DNA from: Eledone cirrhosa
Lineage: Eukaryota
Assembly (NCBI GenBank): GCA_964016885.1
Contig: OZ024753.1
Span: forward strand, 12,648,001 to 12,712,000
Length of the DNA stretch: 64,000 nucleotides
Reading direction: 5' to 3'
The stretch's first letter is position 1, and every line of letters starts with the position of its first letter. Below the pieces are notes generated by a model. It searched no databases. It was not told the DNA's origin and worked only from the letters and a program-made list of their open reading frames with translations. Positions 38,997-52,936 of the stretch are shown here, in pieces. Position numbers and translations under genes: made by a program.

Positions 38997-39725
38997 CATT
39001 CTAGTGAGGTGGTAAAACAGTATACAGCAAATGTCATCACAAACGCTCAAACAAGTTAGTCATCTTGAAATATAGATACTAACTACAAAGCATGTTTTGG
39101 TTTCATATAAACATAAATATTTTGCGTTTCGACAGACATAATATATACAGTTTATGTGTATAAGACGATATCTACGCTAAACCAAAGCCTGACTTTGTTC
39201 GCTTTGCTAATGTGTTGTCTGTATGTTCTTGACAAGAAGGAACATATAATATAAACAGGACGGTAAGTTCCTATCATGCAATCAATCATAATAAAGCATT
39301 TGACTCACCAACGAATATTAAATAGACTTCAAATGGATGCTTGTTAATATTTCATAGGAAACTTTCATATATAATTAATATGCTTTCCTACATTGTAACT
39401 CGCTTTTATACGCCATCTTGATCATAATCTTATCCAAAATTCCTAATAATTTCCGTATTCAGGAACTTCTAACAGCGTGTATTAGATTATATAAAGGTTA
39501 TTCCCTCTCTCTGGTTATGTTACTTTCGGAGTAGTTTCCCATTATGCACCGTTTGGGCTATTTATGAAGCTGCCCAGCAAACCACATATCTCGGGAACCC
39601 ATGCTCCGATTTACTCGAAATCTATTTTATACCATTGGTATCCCCATTTCAAGGTCAACTCTCTTTCAAAGTATTTGGCTGTATTACATTACAGACAAGC
39701 AAGCAAGCAATCACAGACTTTTAGT

Positions 39726-39814
<89 letters not shown>

Positions 39815-40269
39815 ACAAATGAAGAAAGAGAAAAGTACCAAAATATGAACATATGCTCTCTTTTCCGTTGTCAAAATATTGGAAGGGTGTACATTACTGT
39901 TTAACTACAGGCTGGTTCTAGATATAGAGGGAAAACATATTTACAAAAATAACCATGGTATCCAGCATAAGGGATTGGTGACATTTTGAAATATGGAAGT
40001 TTCAGATGATCAACAGAATCTGGAATATTATGTAGAAACTGTGAATATATGATAGAAAACATTTCTTTATTTATTTGTGACGATGAAAACTTTGTTTGAC
40101 ATTTCATGTAGATTTGACATTTCATAGATGAGATATTGTAAGAACCTACTTATACGATATATTTTTGTCATTTCATTTTCATCACTATATCTTATTTTAT
40201 CAGGGAATATCGACTACACATTATTAGCAACATAACTAAAGTAATCATTTATATGATATATATATTTCT

Positions 40270-41057
40270 TTCACGGGTACCTTCTTGTGGCCGTAAACTC
40301 CGCCAGTTGCAGACTGGGCATCAACATGAGATATTCTTCACCACCAGGTTCGATCACCAGCAGCAGAGTTCAAAGAGCAAAGATCAAGTTCATAAGTTGA
40401 CATTATCAAGCCATCGTTTTGGCTGCCGGCCCCTGTTTCTCTTACCAGACAACCTTCTTTCCAGGCATATATAATACCTTTCGATCACCAACAGCAGAGT
40501 TCAAAGAGCAAAGATCATGTCCAATCAATAGGTTGAAATGATCAAGCCATCATTTTGGCTGCCGGCCTCTGCTTCTCTTTCCAGTCAACCTTCCTTCCTT
40601 CCAAGCATAACCTACTCACACCACAAGTTGAGCTTTTTATATGAAAGTATAGTTTGAGTACTCTTGACTTGATAAGTTTGGTAATGTTGAGCAGCTCACT
40701 GATACAGATACGGTCGCTGAGATGTTTACCAGTCATAAGTCTCATGATGTGGTTCTGGAATGTAGAGACCTTCTAAAGTGACTTTGTCGTCCAATTAACG
40801 CAGTCAAGACCATATAACACAACTGGTAGGATGTAAGTATCAAAGATCTTAGCCTTCAAATGATAGGAAACTCGTTTTGATGTTAGTACTTCCTTGTTCT
40901 TGTTGAAAGCTGCCCAACCTAGAGCGATGCGATACTGCGCAGCAACCATTCCATTGTTATTTGATGATAGCTTGTGACCGAGATATACAAACTCCGCAGC
41001 TTGAGCAATTTGCTGGTTGTAGATTGTGAGTTGGAGATTGGCATTATTTTTATCCAC
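40270..41057 (-). mobile_element. RTE LINE 3' relic with internal duplication
   Basis: EFVYLG, RIALGWAAF, YILPVVLYG, LYFHIK..GRKVDWKEKQRPA. Confidence 0.8.
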
Positions 41058-41089
41058 CGGAAGTTAACTTAGAAAAACTCTCATGTAAC

Positions 41090-41270
41090 GAAACAGCAAG
41101 CCGATATAAATCGGTCCCAGTGCATTACTGGTGCTTTATTTATCGACCAAGTAAGGATGAAAGGCAAAATTAACCTCGGCATTATTTGAACTCACAACGT
41201 AAAAGGATGTAACTATATGTTGCGAGTCATGGTGTCCGACGCTCTACCGGGTCTGCCAATCTTCCAGCCT
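41090..41270 (-). mobile_element. Diverged tRNA-SINE
   Basis: Reverse complement of the 3823 family head and core. Confidence 0.7.
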
Positions 41271-41539
41271 AAAGTGGTGGGAATAATGAAAACCAACATA
41301 CACAAGGGACGCTAGAGTTTCCGATTATTACTTTTTTAAGCAAATCAACACACTCGTTCTAATTACGTGGGTGTTAACGAGGGTAAAGTGCCGTACTGAC
41401 CTATCACCCTGACATATTTTATCTGATATATCGCACATTCATTGTCAGTGGTCCAGCTCACTAAAATATCGCAAATTTCATACACAAAAATATATTATTT
41501 GCTGATAATTCATCGAATTTTAGATTTGTAATTCCAGCG

Positions 41540-42330
41540 TCCCCAACCTGTACTGCAGCATTTAATATCTGGGAAGGAGCAAAAGAGTCACTACATGTGG
41601 CATTTAAATGTAACATCTACCTCTTTACAAGGAACAATGAGTAAGATCAAATGGCCTCTTCGTATGAATCCTGGACAGCCCAGCTGTTGAGTCGAAATTA
41701 GCTGAAGGACAGTGTTGCTTTTATCCCGGATGTAGATCAGCCAACAAAATACTTAGGCTGCGCAATGGTCCTCGAGAAATCGTGGGAGTATTGCCACGAA
41801 ATGTACGTTTATTTTGTGAAATTCGAAAGGAATATATCCGCATTTTATGGGTCTTGTTGCGTGAGATTCTGCAAGAAAATGAGATCAAAGGCTATATCTT
41901 TGCCAGTAGCCCCTGTACGAACGCACAAGTGACAGCGTTGGGATAAATGTTTCTAAATTATTCACTGCAGGTGTCGCAAGCAGCCAAATTTGCTTATGTC
42001 AACTCTCCTCTTCATTAATATGTCTTAAAAGTGTAGCAGATACAAGTTCAGTGGAAACTAATTCAACATCGCAATATAGTTTGGAGTAGGTGGAGCAGGT
42101 CAAATATGTTGAAGCCATTTTCACGAGTGATGGATGGCAAGAATTTGAATTTACAACAAGTTTAGTAATACTACATTGACAATTTAATATATAATATAAC
42201 GCTACTGGTATCCACATGCTAAGTTTGGAATGAGAGTCGATAAATTTGTTAAAACTCAATGCGATCTTGAAGAAATGGTTTCAAAAATATAAGTCGGTCA
42301 GAACTATAGTTTTTGTAGTAGGTTCTCATC
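41540..42330 (+). mobile_element. Decayed RTE reverse transcriptase fragment
   Basis: VESKLAEGQCCFYPG, VLEKSWEY..YVYFVKFER, VEQVKYVEAIFTSDG. Confidence 0.65.
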
Positions 42331-42366
42331 GCGTAAGGTTCAATCGAAAATTCTACTCGAGCTACG

Positions 42367-42409
<43 letters not shown>

Positions 42410-42581
42410 ATGCATACCAACTCTAACACATATATATCCTAGAAACGATCGTAAAATAATGAATTTTTTTTAATATAAGGAACTGTTTCTTCGTTTATTC
42501 ATTATTTTTTTAATAATTTATATATATATATATATATATATCAGATGTGAGAAAAACCACAGACCCTCCATCTCAACTCTA

Positions 42582-42617
42582 CTTTTGAAAAGCAGAATAA
42601 CTGCGAAACCGGTAAAG
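42582..42617 (+). ncRNA. Minimal hammerhead motif with U3-A8 variant core
   Basis: CUU-UUGAAAA-GCAG aauaa CUGC-GAAA-CCGG-UA-AAG, in element about 42542-42765. Confidence 0.6.
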
Positions 42618-42765
42618 GAACCAAATAAATATATATATTTAAAAAAAAATAAGACTCCAGTTGCATTTTCGATTTCATCTTTTTTTCTTTATACTTTCAC
42701 TCGTGTAGGACACCTCGGTTATTTTTCTTTTTGTAAAAAACCTCACTTTCTAATAATATATAATG

Positions 42766-43164
<399 letters not shown>

Positions 43165-44099
43165 GTTTGTGCGTGTGTTGATCAATGAAAGTAAAACAAA
43201 AGTGAAAGAACTAATTGAGGACCTATCTTCGACTCCTGTTTTATTTTCATTGTCCAATACACACATATATGCATATGTGTATATAAAATAACATGCAAAT
43301 GTTCTAGGTTCATAGATGACAGGGGAATGATATACATGATATAATATAAAAAAATAGATAGCAAGTGCTAAAACATAATTTGTCCTCCACGTTGCACTAC
43401 GCTTGCTCTTCGTTGTCAAATGGATCCCATTTTTATGAACACAAGCATAAAATAAAATTAGTGATAGGGTGGGAGATAGTTAACTTTTTAGTAGATCTAA
43501 TAAATGATCATGTTTACTATTAAACCTGACTCATTCATAGATTTACCGTAACAGGATTTTAATCCTCAGATGAGACACACGTACAGGGACAATGTTTTAT
43601 AAGTTACTTCAAATCGAATGATCTATGAAATTAATTCATCCTATTAGAGTAAATGTGCACAACATTTTATAGAGTGATGCTTTTTTTTCCTGAAATAGGA
43701 AAATCACTTGAGCGTTAGTAATGGAAGTACTGGGTTGATGATATTACTAATGGGAAATAAAACAATAAACTATTGAATTTCATTTAACAATATTAGGTTA
43801 ATAGCTATGACACAGAGAACATTGTTCTTCTTGTAAGTTATTTATTCTAGCAACATGAGATATAAATTGAAATTAAGAGATTATTCATGAGTTTTTAAAT
43901 GTTATAATGATATCGTTTTATATAAAATTACTATTTTTTTTCGTAAAGAACAAGGAAAATATATTTGTATTAGAGGAAATCTTTATAGGAAAGTCTTAAG
44001 TGCGTTTTATTTTGTTTCCGCACACCGTACATGCCAAAAGTTAAGTATAATTTCACTGGGTAGCATCGTAATACACCTTCATTTTTACTCCCTGACAAA

Positions 44100-44705
44100 T
44101 GTCGTGGCGGATCCACCATGGACTCTTTCGTCATGGCTTGGATGCTGCAGGCTCCACCCTCACTCCACCAAGCTGGAGCCAGTGACGGCAAAAGGCTAGA
44201 CGGTATGACCATCTTACCGTACCGAGGTGGTAAACCGCTCGTCTGGGATGCCACATGAAGTGACGCATTCTCCAGCGGCAACCTGGTGCAGTCTGCGACT
44301 AACCCAGGTTCTGCTGCACGTCGGGCTGAGGATAGAAAACTCTCCAAGCACCGGTCGCTCTGCGAAAGAATTGCGGTCATGCCCTTGGCAGTGGAGACTT
44401 CCGGTGTCTTTGGCCCTAGGACTGCCTCCCTACTTACCACCATAGGCGCTGAGCTGGCCAGCCGCAGGTGTGAGCCTCGCGAGATGGAATGGCTCTTCCA
44501 GCGCATCTCCCTTACCATCCTCCGGGGAAACGCCTTCTCCATTCTGTCCGCCGGGGCTGTGGGGCGGCCAGTACATGGGACCCCATTTTCTCACCATACA
44601 GAGAGATGGGAGACCAAGAGAGATGGAGGCGATGACAGCGGGAGTTCGGCTCTTCCGTGTTCAGACACATGCACCTGTCATGTGGAACATGTGATACTTT
44701 TCTAG
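44100..44705 (+). pseudogene. Restriction-like endonuclease C-terminus of a CRE-like non-LTR retrotransposon
   Basis: SDGKRLDGMTILPYRGGKPLVWDAT*, AARRAEDRKLSKH, PLAVETSGVFG, LFQRISLTILRGNA; GC-rich island. Confidence 0.8.
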
Positions 44706-45108
44706 AAATCAATAGCGTAAAGTTAAAACATATATATCATATATATATACTGATGATTTCTAAAGAATGAAACAGTTCTAGTCCTGTAGAATCTCATCTA
44801 TATTAAAACTTATATATATATATATATATATTAATTCAATATTAACAAAATAGATATTCTTGTGATCAATTAATATTTGTTAATATTTGTTAATATTTGA
44901 ATTAATATTAATAACTCTGGAAAATATCCATTGTAGAGTGCTTCCAATCTACTGTAAAACTCATTCTTTGATGTACTCATTGAATCTTTAATATATATAT
45001 ATATATTTATATACATTATTACGCAGTTGGGTGCGGATGCATTCATGTATATATGTGTGTGTCCGCATGTATCTGTGTGTTTCTAAATATATTTATATAT
45101 ATATATAT

Positions 45109-45544
45109 GCAAAGTTTTATTTAAATTGTTGGGTCACAACGAGTAAATATTTATAACTGATATAAAAGCACTCAACAAGTATTTGGAGTATATTTACGAT
45201 ATTAAATAAATGGAAACTATATTTATAAAACCATATTTATTTCATTATATATATTTCAGGGATATCATATTAAAAATATGTTATGCCTTCTTCAGACAAA
45301 ATACAATATAAACAGTCTTATAAATAGATAGATTCGACATAACTTTCAACTTCGACTTGCAAAATCAACTTTTCAAATGCAAGTCGAAGTTGAAAGGTAT
45401 GTCGAATCTATCTATTTATAAGACTGTTTATATTGTATTTTGTCTGAAGAAGGCATAACATATTTTTAATATGATATCCCTGAAATATATATAATGAAAT
45501 AAATATGGTTTTATAAATATAATTTCCATTTATTTAATATCGTA
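45109..45544 (-). mobile_element. Fold-back element family A, near-identical to 14299, longer arms
   Basis: Arms about 45196-45361 / 45378-45544; hammerheads 45239-45302 (-) and 45437-45500 (+). Confidence 0.85.
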
Positions 45545-45715
45545 TATATATATATATAATATAAACAACCCTTCTCACTGTTCATCTGGTGATTGCAATG
45601 TAACTTAACAAACGATCTTACATATATTAAGGCATTAATAGCTTGAGCACAAAACGGGAATGGTGGTGTGACATTGATTATATTCTGTCTCTCTCTTTCT
45701 CTCTCTCCCTCTCTC

Positions 45716-45749
<34 letters not shown>

Positions 45750-46198
45750 CCTAATAATCATAACCATCTTCCCTCCTTTTCCTCTCATTTATAACTCTTC
45801 TCAAGTATATAAGTAAGAATGGTTAAATGTGATGGTCACATAACTAAAACAAAACCAGCTCAAGAAAAAAAATCTATGTTACAAATAAACCAACTTGTTA
45901 TATTAATGTAGTGTTTTATCCTTCAGCAAATTCAATCATCCTAAATAAATGTGTGTTAGTGTGCTTGTATAATTTTCACCAAAGTTAATTATATTTCATT
46001 ATTGCCGTCAGAATTAGAGTGAAACCCGTCACATTTGCCCGGCTGGTAACACCTGGTATGATGTGAAATGATCGTTTTCAAAGTGAAACACAAATATAGA
46101 GATGTTGAGTTATATATTTTGGGATCTTTATAGGTTTTTGATGTTTTTATTGTTGTTTTTTTTACATTCTGAAAAATTTGAGCTTCTGTGAGTGATGT

Positions 46199-46500
46199 TA
46201 GACACGTTTGTATAGATTTTCTGAGTGGTGTGAAATAAGAAATAAACCCTAGACATGTTGTATACGCTTCAATAGTGATGGGAGTTGATATATAAACCCT
46301 AGACATGTAGCATATGTTTTTTGTGTGATGGGGGATTAGAATTACACCATAGACATGTGGGATACGTTTCTTGGGTGATGGGAAATCAGAAGTACAACCT
46401 AGACATGTGGGATACGTTTTCTGGATGATGGAAGATAATCATTAAACCCTAGACATGTAGTATAGATTTCCTGGGTGATGGGAAATAAGGATTACACCCT
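46199..46500. repeat. Diverged 50-bp minisatellite, 6 units
   Basis: TAGACATGT recurs at 46250, 46300, 46350, 46400, 46450 (variant at 46199). Confidence 0.85.
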
Positions 46501-46504
46501 TGAT

Positions 46505-46790
46505 AATATTTTCCAGAGCGGGGACCGCTAAATGAACCAAACAGGCATGTGGTGATGTTAAGCCTTGCAAAAGATTACATCTATTATCCTGAAAACGACG
46601 GCATTTAAGATCTTCTTCGCCCCCTTATTCCTAAGAAGTTCATGGGGACAACGTACTCAAACATTCCCTCCAGCGGGTCCTGTCAGAATTAACGATCTCC
46701 AACTGATCCGGCTGGATACCAAAGTGAGACTAGCCAAGCTCAAGGATGTTATCCGACCTCATTGCCGGTTGGTTTTGCCCGTAAAATCTG
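46505..46790 (-). mobile_element. RTE LINE 3' end
   Basis: Continues the array unit: ILRAKPTGNEVG..LSLASLTLVSSRIS.., then 3' UTR. Confidence 0.7.
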
Positions 46791-49210
46791 TCCAGCGATT
46801 CTTTCCCGAGGCATTCTAACCACATGCCCGTAGTAACGGAACAGTGATCTCTCAACTAGAAGAAGTAGTAGCTCTACTTGGAGAGACTATCCAGCGATTC
46901 TTTCCTGAGGCATTCTAACCACATGCCCGTAGTAACGGAACAGTGATCTCTCAACTAGAAGAAGTAGTGGCTCTACTTGGAGAGACTATCCAGCGATTCT
47001 TTCCCGAGACATTCTAAACACATGCCCGTAGTAACGGAACAGTGATCTCTCAACTAGAAGAAGTAGTAGCTCTACTTGGAGAGACTATCCAGCGATTCTT
47101 TCCCGAGACATTCTAAACACATGCCCGTAGTAACGGAACAGTGATCTCTCAACTAGAAGAAGTAGTAGCTCTACTTGGAGAGACTATCCAGCGATTCTTT
47201 CCCGAGACATTCTAAACACATGCCCGTAGTAACGGAACAGTGATCTCTCAACTAGAAGAAGTAGTAGCTCTACTTGGAGAGACTATCCAGCGATTCTTTC
47301 CCGAGACATTCTAAACACATGCCCGTAGTAACGGAACAGTGATCTCTCAACTAGAAGAAGTAGTAGCTCTACTTGGAGAGACTATCCAGCGATTCTTTCC
47401 TGAGGCATTCTAACCACATGCCCGTAGTAACGGAACAGTGATCTCTCAACTAGAAGAAGTAGTGGCTCTACTTGGAGAGACTATCCAGCGATTCTTTCCT
47501 GAGGCATTCTAACCACATGCCCGTAGTAACGGAACAGTGATCTCTCAACTAGAAGAAGTAGTGGCTCTACTTGGAGAGACTATCCAGCGATTCTTTCCTG
47601 AGGCATTCTAACCACATGCCCGTAGTAACGGAACAGTGATCTCTCAACTAGAAGAAGTAGTGGCTCTACTTGGAGAGACTATCCAGCGATTCTTTCCTGA
47701 GGCATTCTAACCACATGCCCGTAGTAACGGAACAGTGATCTCTCAACTAGAAGAAGTAGTGGCTCTACTTGGAGAGACTATCCAGCGATTCTTTCCCGAG
47801 ACATTCTAAACACGTGCCCATAGTATCAGAGCCGTGATCTCTCAATTCGGAGAAGTAGTGGCTCTACCTGGAGTGACTCCACAGTGATTCTTTCTTAAGA
47901 CATTTTAACCACATGCCCATAGTATCAGAGCCGTGATCTCTCAATTCGGAGAAGTAGTGGCTCTACCTGGAGTGACTCCACAGTGATTCTTTCTTGAGAC
48001 ATTCTAACCACATGCCCATAGTATCAGAGCTGTGATCTCTCAATTCCGAGAAGTAGTGGCTCTACCTGGAGTGACTCTACAGTGCTTCTTTCTTGAGACA
48101 TTCTAACCACATGCCCATAGTATCAGAGCCGTGATCTCTCAATTCGGAGAAGTAGTGGCTCTACCTGGAGTGACTCCACAGTGATTCTTTCTTGAGACAT
48201 TCTAACCACATGCCCATAGTATCAGAGCTGTGATCTCTCAATTCCGAGAAGTAGTGGCTCTACCTGGAGTGACTCCACAGTGATTCTTTCCTGAGACATT
48301 CTAACCACATGCCCATAGAAACTGAACTGTGATCTCTCAATTCGGAGAAGTAGTGGCTCTACCTGGAGTGACTCCACAGTGCTTCTTTCTTGAGACATTC
48401 TAAACACATGCCCATAGAAACTGAACTGTGATCTCTCAATTCCGAGAAGTAGTGGCTCTACCTGGAGTGACTCCACAGTGATTCTTTCCTGAGACATTCT
48501 AACCACATGCCCATAGAAACTGAACTGTGATCTCTCAATTCGGAGAAGTAGTGGCTCTACCTGGAGTGACTCCACAGTGATTCTTTCCTGAGACATTCTA
48601 ACCACATGCCCATAGAAACTGAACTGTGATCTCTCAATTCGGAGAAGTAGTGGCTCTACCTGGAGTGACTCCACAGTGCTTCTTTCTTGAGACATTCTAA
48701 CCACATGCCCATAGAAACTGAACTGTGATCTCTCAATTCCGAGAAGTAGTGGCTCTACCTGGAGTGACTCCACAGTGCTTCTTTCTTGAGACATTCTAAA
48801 CACATGCCCATAGAAACTGAACTGTGATCTCTCAATTCCGAGAAGTAGTGGCTCTACCTGGAGTGACTCTACAGTGCTTCTTTCTTGAGACATTCTAACC
48901 ACATGCCCATAGAAACTGAACTGTGATCTCTCAATTCCGAGAAGTAGTGGCTCTACCTGGAGTGACTCCACAGTGATTCTTTCTTGAGACATTCTAAACA
49001 CATGCCCATAGTATCAGAGCTGTGATCTCTCAATTCCGAGAAGTAGTGGCTCTACCTGGAGTGACTCTACAGTGCTTCTTTCTTGAGACATTCTAACCAC
49101 ATGCCCATAGAAACTGAACTGTGATCTCTCAATTCCGAGAAGTAGTGGCTCTACCTGAAGGAAATCTCCAGCGATTATTTGCTTAGACAATCTAACAACA
49201 TGCCCATAAC
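46791..49210 (-). repeat. 99-bp tandem array (about 24 units) derived from RTE ORF C-terminus
   Basis: Period 99 (TATCCAGCG at 46888, 46987, ...); unit translates ESLQVEPLLLxIERSQxxxYGHVxRMSQER. Confidence 0.93.
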
Positions 49211-49660
49211 CTCTCAGTTCAGAGAAATAGCGGCATTTGAAATAATAATGCACAAGGCGTTAAATACACAAGACGAACAATTCCAATAATCTAGCGATCT
49301 GGGTTGGTAGCTTATTGCACAAAGGTTGGAATGATGACTAGCAAAGTAAACTTTAGAAAGAGATGACGCCAGAGCACAGATATCCAAACACGCCAATCAT
49401 TTTGCCGTAAACATTGTTGAATGTGCTGATTCAGCAAAGCAAAATTAAGAATGTATTAGACACAGGTTGGATAAATTCCTATAGTAATGCAGTTATCGAT
49501 TAAAACAAAACTTTCAACGTCAGGAATAATTATATACATTTTCTTTAATAATTTAAATCATTAGCCGAAAAATTATGTTCCTTACATATAAAAGTGTTTG
49601 TTGTGTCATTTTAATGTTTAATGTTTTCTAATGAGTAGAACCGGTTCATTAGAAAGAAAT

Positions 49661-49692
<32 letters not shown>

Positions 49693-50833
49693 GCACACAC
49701 ATGTGTTATATATATAAATGTATATATATATATATTTATATATATGTATATATAAATGCATATATAAATACATATATATAAATACATATGTAAATACATA
49801 TATATAAATACATATGTAAATACATATATATAAATACATATATATATATATTTATATATATGTATTTATATATATGTATTTATATGTATTTATATATATG
49901 TATTTATATATATGTATTTATATGTATTTATATATATGTATTTATATATATTTATATATATGTATTTATATATATTTATATATATGTATTTATATATATG
50001 TATATATATGTATTTATATATAAATACATATATATAAATACATATATATACATATATATAAATACATATATATAAATACTTATAAACACATATATATAAA
50101 TATATATATATATGTATTTAGATACATGTATTTATATATGTATTTATATATATGTATTTATATATATATGTATTTATATATATGTATTTATATATATGGA
50201 TTTATATATGTACTTATATATATGTATTTACATATGTATTTACATATATGTATTTATATATGCATTTATATACACATATAAATACATATATATAAATTTA
50301 TATATATATACATTTATATATATAACACATGTGTGTATATGTGTGTATGTGTGTGTGTGTGTATATATATATGTATATATATGTGTATATATATATATGT
50401 ATTTATATATGTGTATATATATGTATTTATATATTTTTATATATATGTATATATATATATGTATTTATATGTATTTATATATATATATATATTTGTGTGT
50501 ATTTATATATATTTATATATATATATATATATATTACATCTCTGATTCACTGAAAGTTAATGGCGGCTTCTAGCCGTAGGCGTCAATAAATTAAATCAAG
50601 TTGATTAGTGAGAAGACAATAATAGATTAAAGGCTAGAAAAGAAAGCTTTACAGATATCAGTGGGTCTGCTACAATAACAAACTAAATACTAGCGTCTTA
50701 AAATGGCAAATCAAACATTGCATAATTTAGTGTGAGATATACTGCCTGAATACTTAGGACGAGATGGCCACCGTAACGTCTTCTTCTTACTACAACAACC
50801 ACAACAGAAACTATTATATATATATATATATAT

Positions 50834-51040
50834 GAAAATGTTAGACCACGACAGCGCAGCTCAAGCCGTTTCGACGGCTATTTCTGGACTAGATGTATCG
50901 TCCAGAAATAGCCGTCGAAACGGCTTGAGTTCTGCCGTCGGGGTCTAACATTTTCCTATTACCCACTCTACTACCCTAAGTATTGAGTACTCTGGTGCGT
51001 TATGGTCCATCTGGTTTCTTACCACACCTCCATCGTTTTA
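50834..51040 (+). mobile_element. Fold-back element family D in (TA)n
   Basis: Arms 50834-50889 / 50899-50955 with CGAAACGGC; tail TATTGAGTAC. Confidence 0.75.
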
Positions 51041-51069
51041 TATATATATATATATATATATATAGTTTT

Positions 51070-51215
51070 CCGACGGAATTACTTCATTTACACACACATA
51101 AAGTAAAGTGACACACGTAAAGTGACTGAGTGTACAAGACCCCCCCCCCCCGCCTGGACAGGACGACAATCTATGATCGTAAGTCCAACACCCTTACCAC
51201 TAGGCTACGAGCCCT
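51070..51215 (-). mobile_element. tRNA-derived SINE head fragment
   Basis: Minus strand GAGGGCTCGTAGCCTAGTGGTAAGGGTGTTGGACT (A-box). Confidence 0.55.
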
Positions 51216-51226
51216 CACACACACGC

Positions 51227-51258
<32 letters not shown>

Positions 51259-52442
51259 GTGTGTGTATGTATATATATATATATATATATGTATATACAT
51301 GTGAATAATAACTTTTCAGGTGTTGTAGCTTGCTACAGATAGCCGAGGAAGTATAATATGCCAGCTAATAACTGAAAGTAAAAGAATGTTTGAATATTTA
51401 CTTTACCTCACAGTTGCACCAAAGCGAGCACCGCAAATCTTTCCGTTATTTTAAGCCTTAAACAGTCGACGAAAATGTAAATAAATGAACTATTTTTAGA
51501 AACGTTGACCCTGTAAATATTGCGTAATAGAAGTTGATCTGGTTTTCAAACTGCACGTGAGTTAAACAGACAGATAATAAATATGTTAAAGTAAGAATGC
51601 TTTCATGATCCAATATACAAGTTAAATAAGGAAATATTTGATATAACCTTTTGTTCTCTATATTTTCAATTACGTAAATGATTCCTACTTAAGCAGTCAG
51701 CTCTGCATATTCATAGATATTGTTAAATAATGTATCTATAACTTTCTATGTAGACTTCGTTTAATGTACTGTAACGCGGATTATTAAATATATGTGCATA
51801 TTCGTTCAAGCGTGAAGTCGTTCCCGGTCGATATTTATAATATATTTTAATACTAACTCAATAACCCTTCAGATTTCGATTCAAAACATTTTATTCCCTA
51901 GATAAGGAAATCCTTCAAAACATTAAGTCTTAATCTATCCATCTTGTGTGAATCATCGGTGTTAATAACGTCTCTAGATTTCATTAATGGTTATACTGTA
52001 TATAATATTAACCATCGTAAAATATCTCCAGAGAATAACGGAATACGCTCTATGTGATGTATGCTGCTCATAAATCTTCTAAATGAATTCAAAATGGCAC
52101 ATAAGGAATGAAAGATATAATATGCTGTTTGAAAGCGCCAAGCTGTGCTAATTCAAAAGATTGATGACTCTAGTATAATGTTGAAGGAAAGTTTCAATAC
52201 AAAAGCATCCATAAATATGTGGTCACTCGTTTCTATACACTGCAGTTTGTAGCTGAAATAAAAGATTTCACTTTCAATTTTCTGTGAACTACATGCAAAA
52301 GTATTAAGGATCATAGATTCATATCCATGAATGACATTTCATCAAGTCATTTTGTGAATGGCGATTCACGAGAGATGAAAACAAAGCTCAACTTTAGAAG
52401 ACTTTAAGATTTCATGTTCATGATATTATTTATCTGCTGTCA

Positions 52443-52631
52443 GATATCGGTGGATTGGCAGTATCGGTAGAGGGTCGGACGCCATGCTTTGACGCATAGA
52501 GTTACGGCCCTTGCCATTCTGAGTTCAAATCGCGCCGAGGTTAACTTTGCCTTTCATCCTTACGGGGTCGATAAAATAAAGTACCAGTAATGTACTGGGT
52601 AATTTCTGGCCTTGTGCCAATAGTAGAAACA
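52443..52631 (+). mobile_element. tRNA-SINE with 18-bp target-site duplication
   Basis: ATTATTTATCTGCTGTCA at 52425-52442 and 52632-52649. Confidence 0.88.
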
Positions 52632-52936
52632 ATTATTTATCTGCTGTCATGATACCAATATATCATATAATACTATACGTGACGAAGCAACGTTTGTTAT
52701 ATAAATATAATTTGCTATCAAGAGATTTCCTCTTATATCAGTCAAGTGCATTTATCTTAATGTTAATTAATATACATCATCTAACGAATAATTATTTCTA
52801 GTTAGCAATTAATAAATATATTGCTACACCCAAATACATACAAGAAGTCATATATAAAAGCTCATATTCTAACCCCCCCCCACATCTTCTCTCTTTCTTT
52901 CTTTCTCTCCCTCTGTATATATATATATATATATAA

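Noticed and set aside
46199-46500. CRISPR array
   Set aside because: Variable parts are homologous between units, so they are not unique spacers.
46791-49210. CRISPR-like array or repeat-protein gene
   Set aside because: Whole units repeat with no unique spacers, no cas genes, eukaryotic context; sequence is RTE-derived and several units contain stops.
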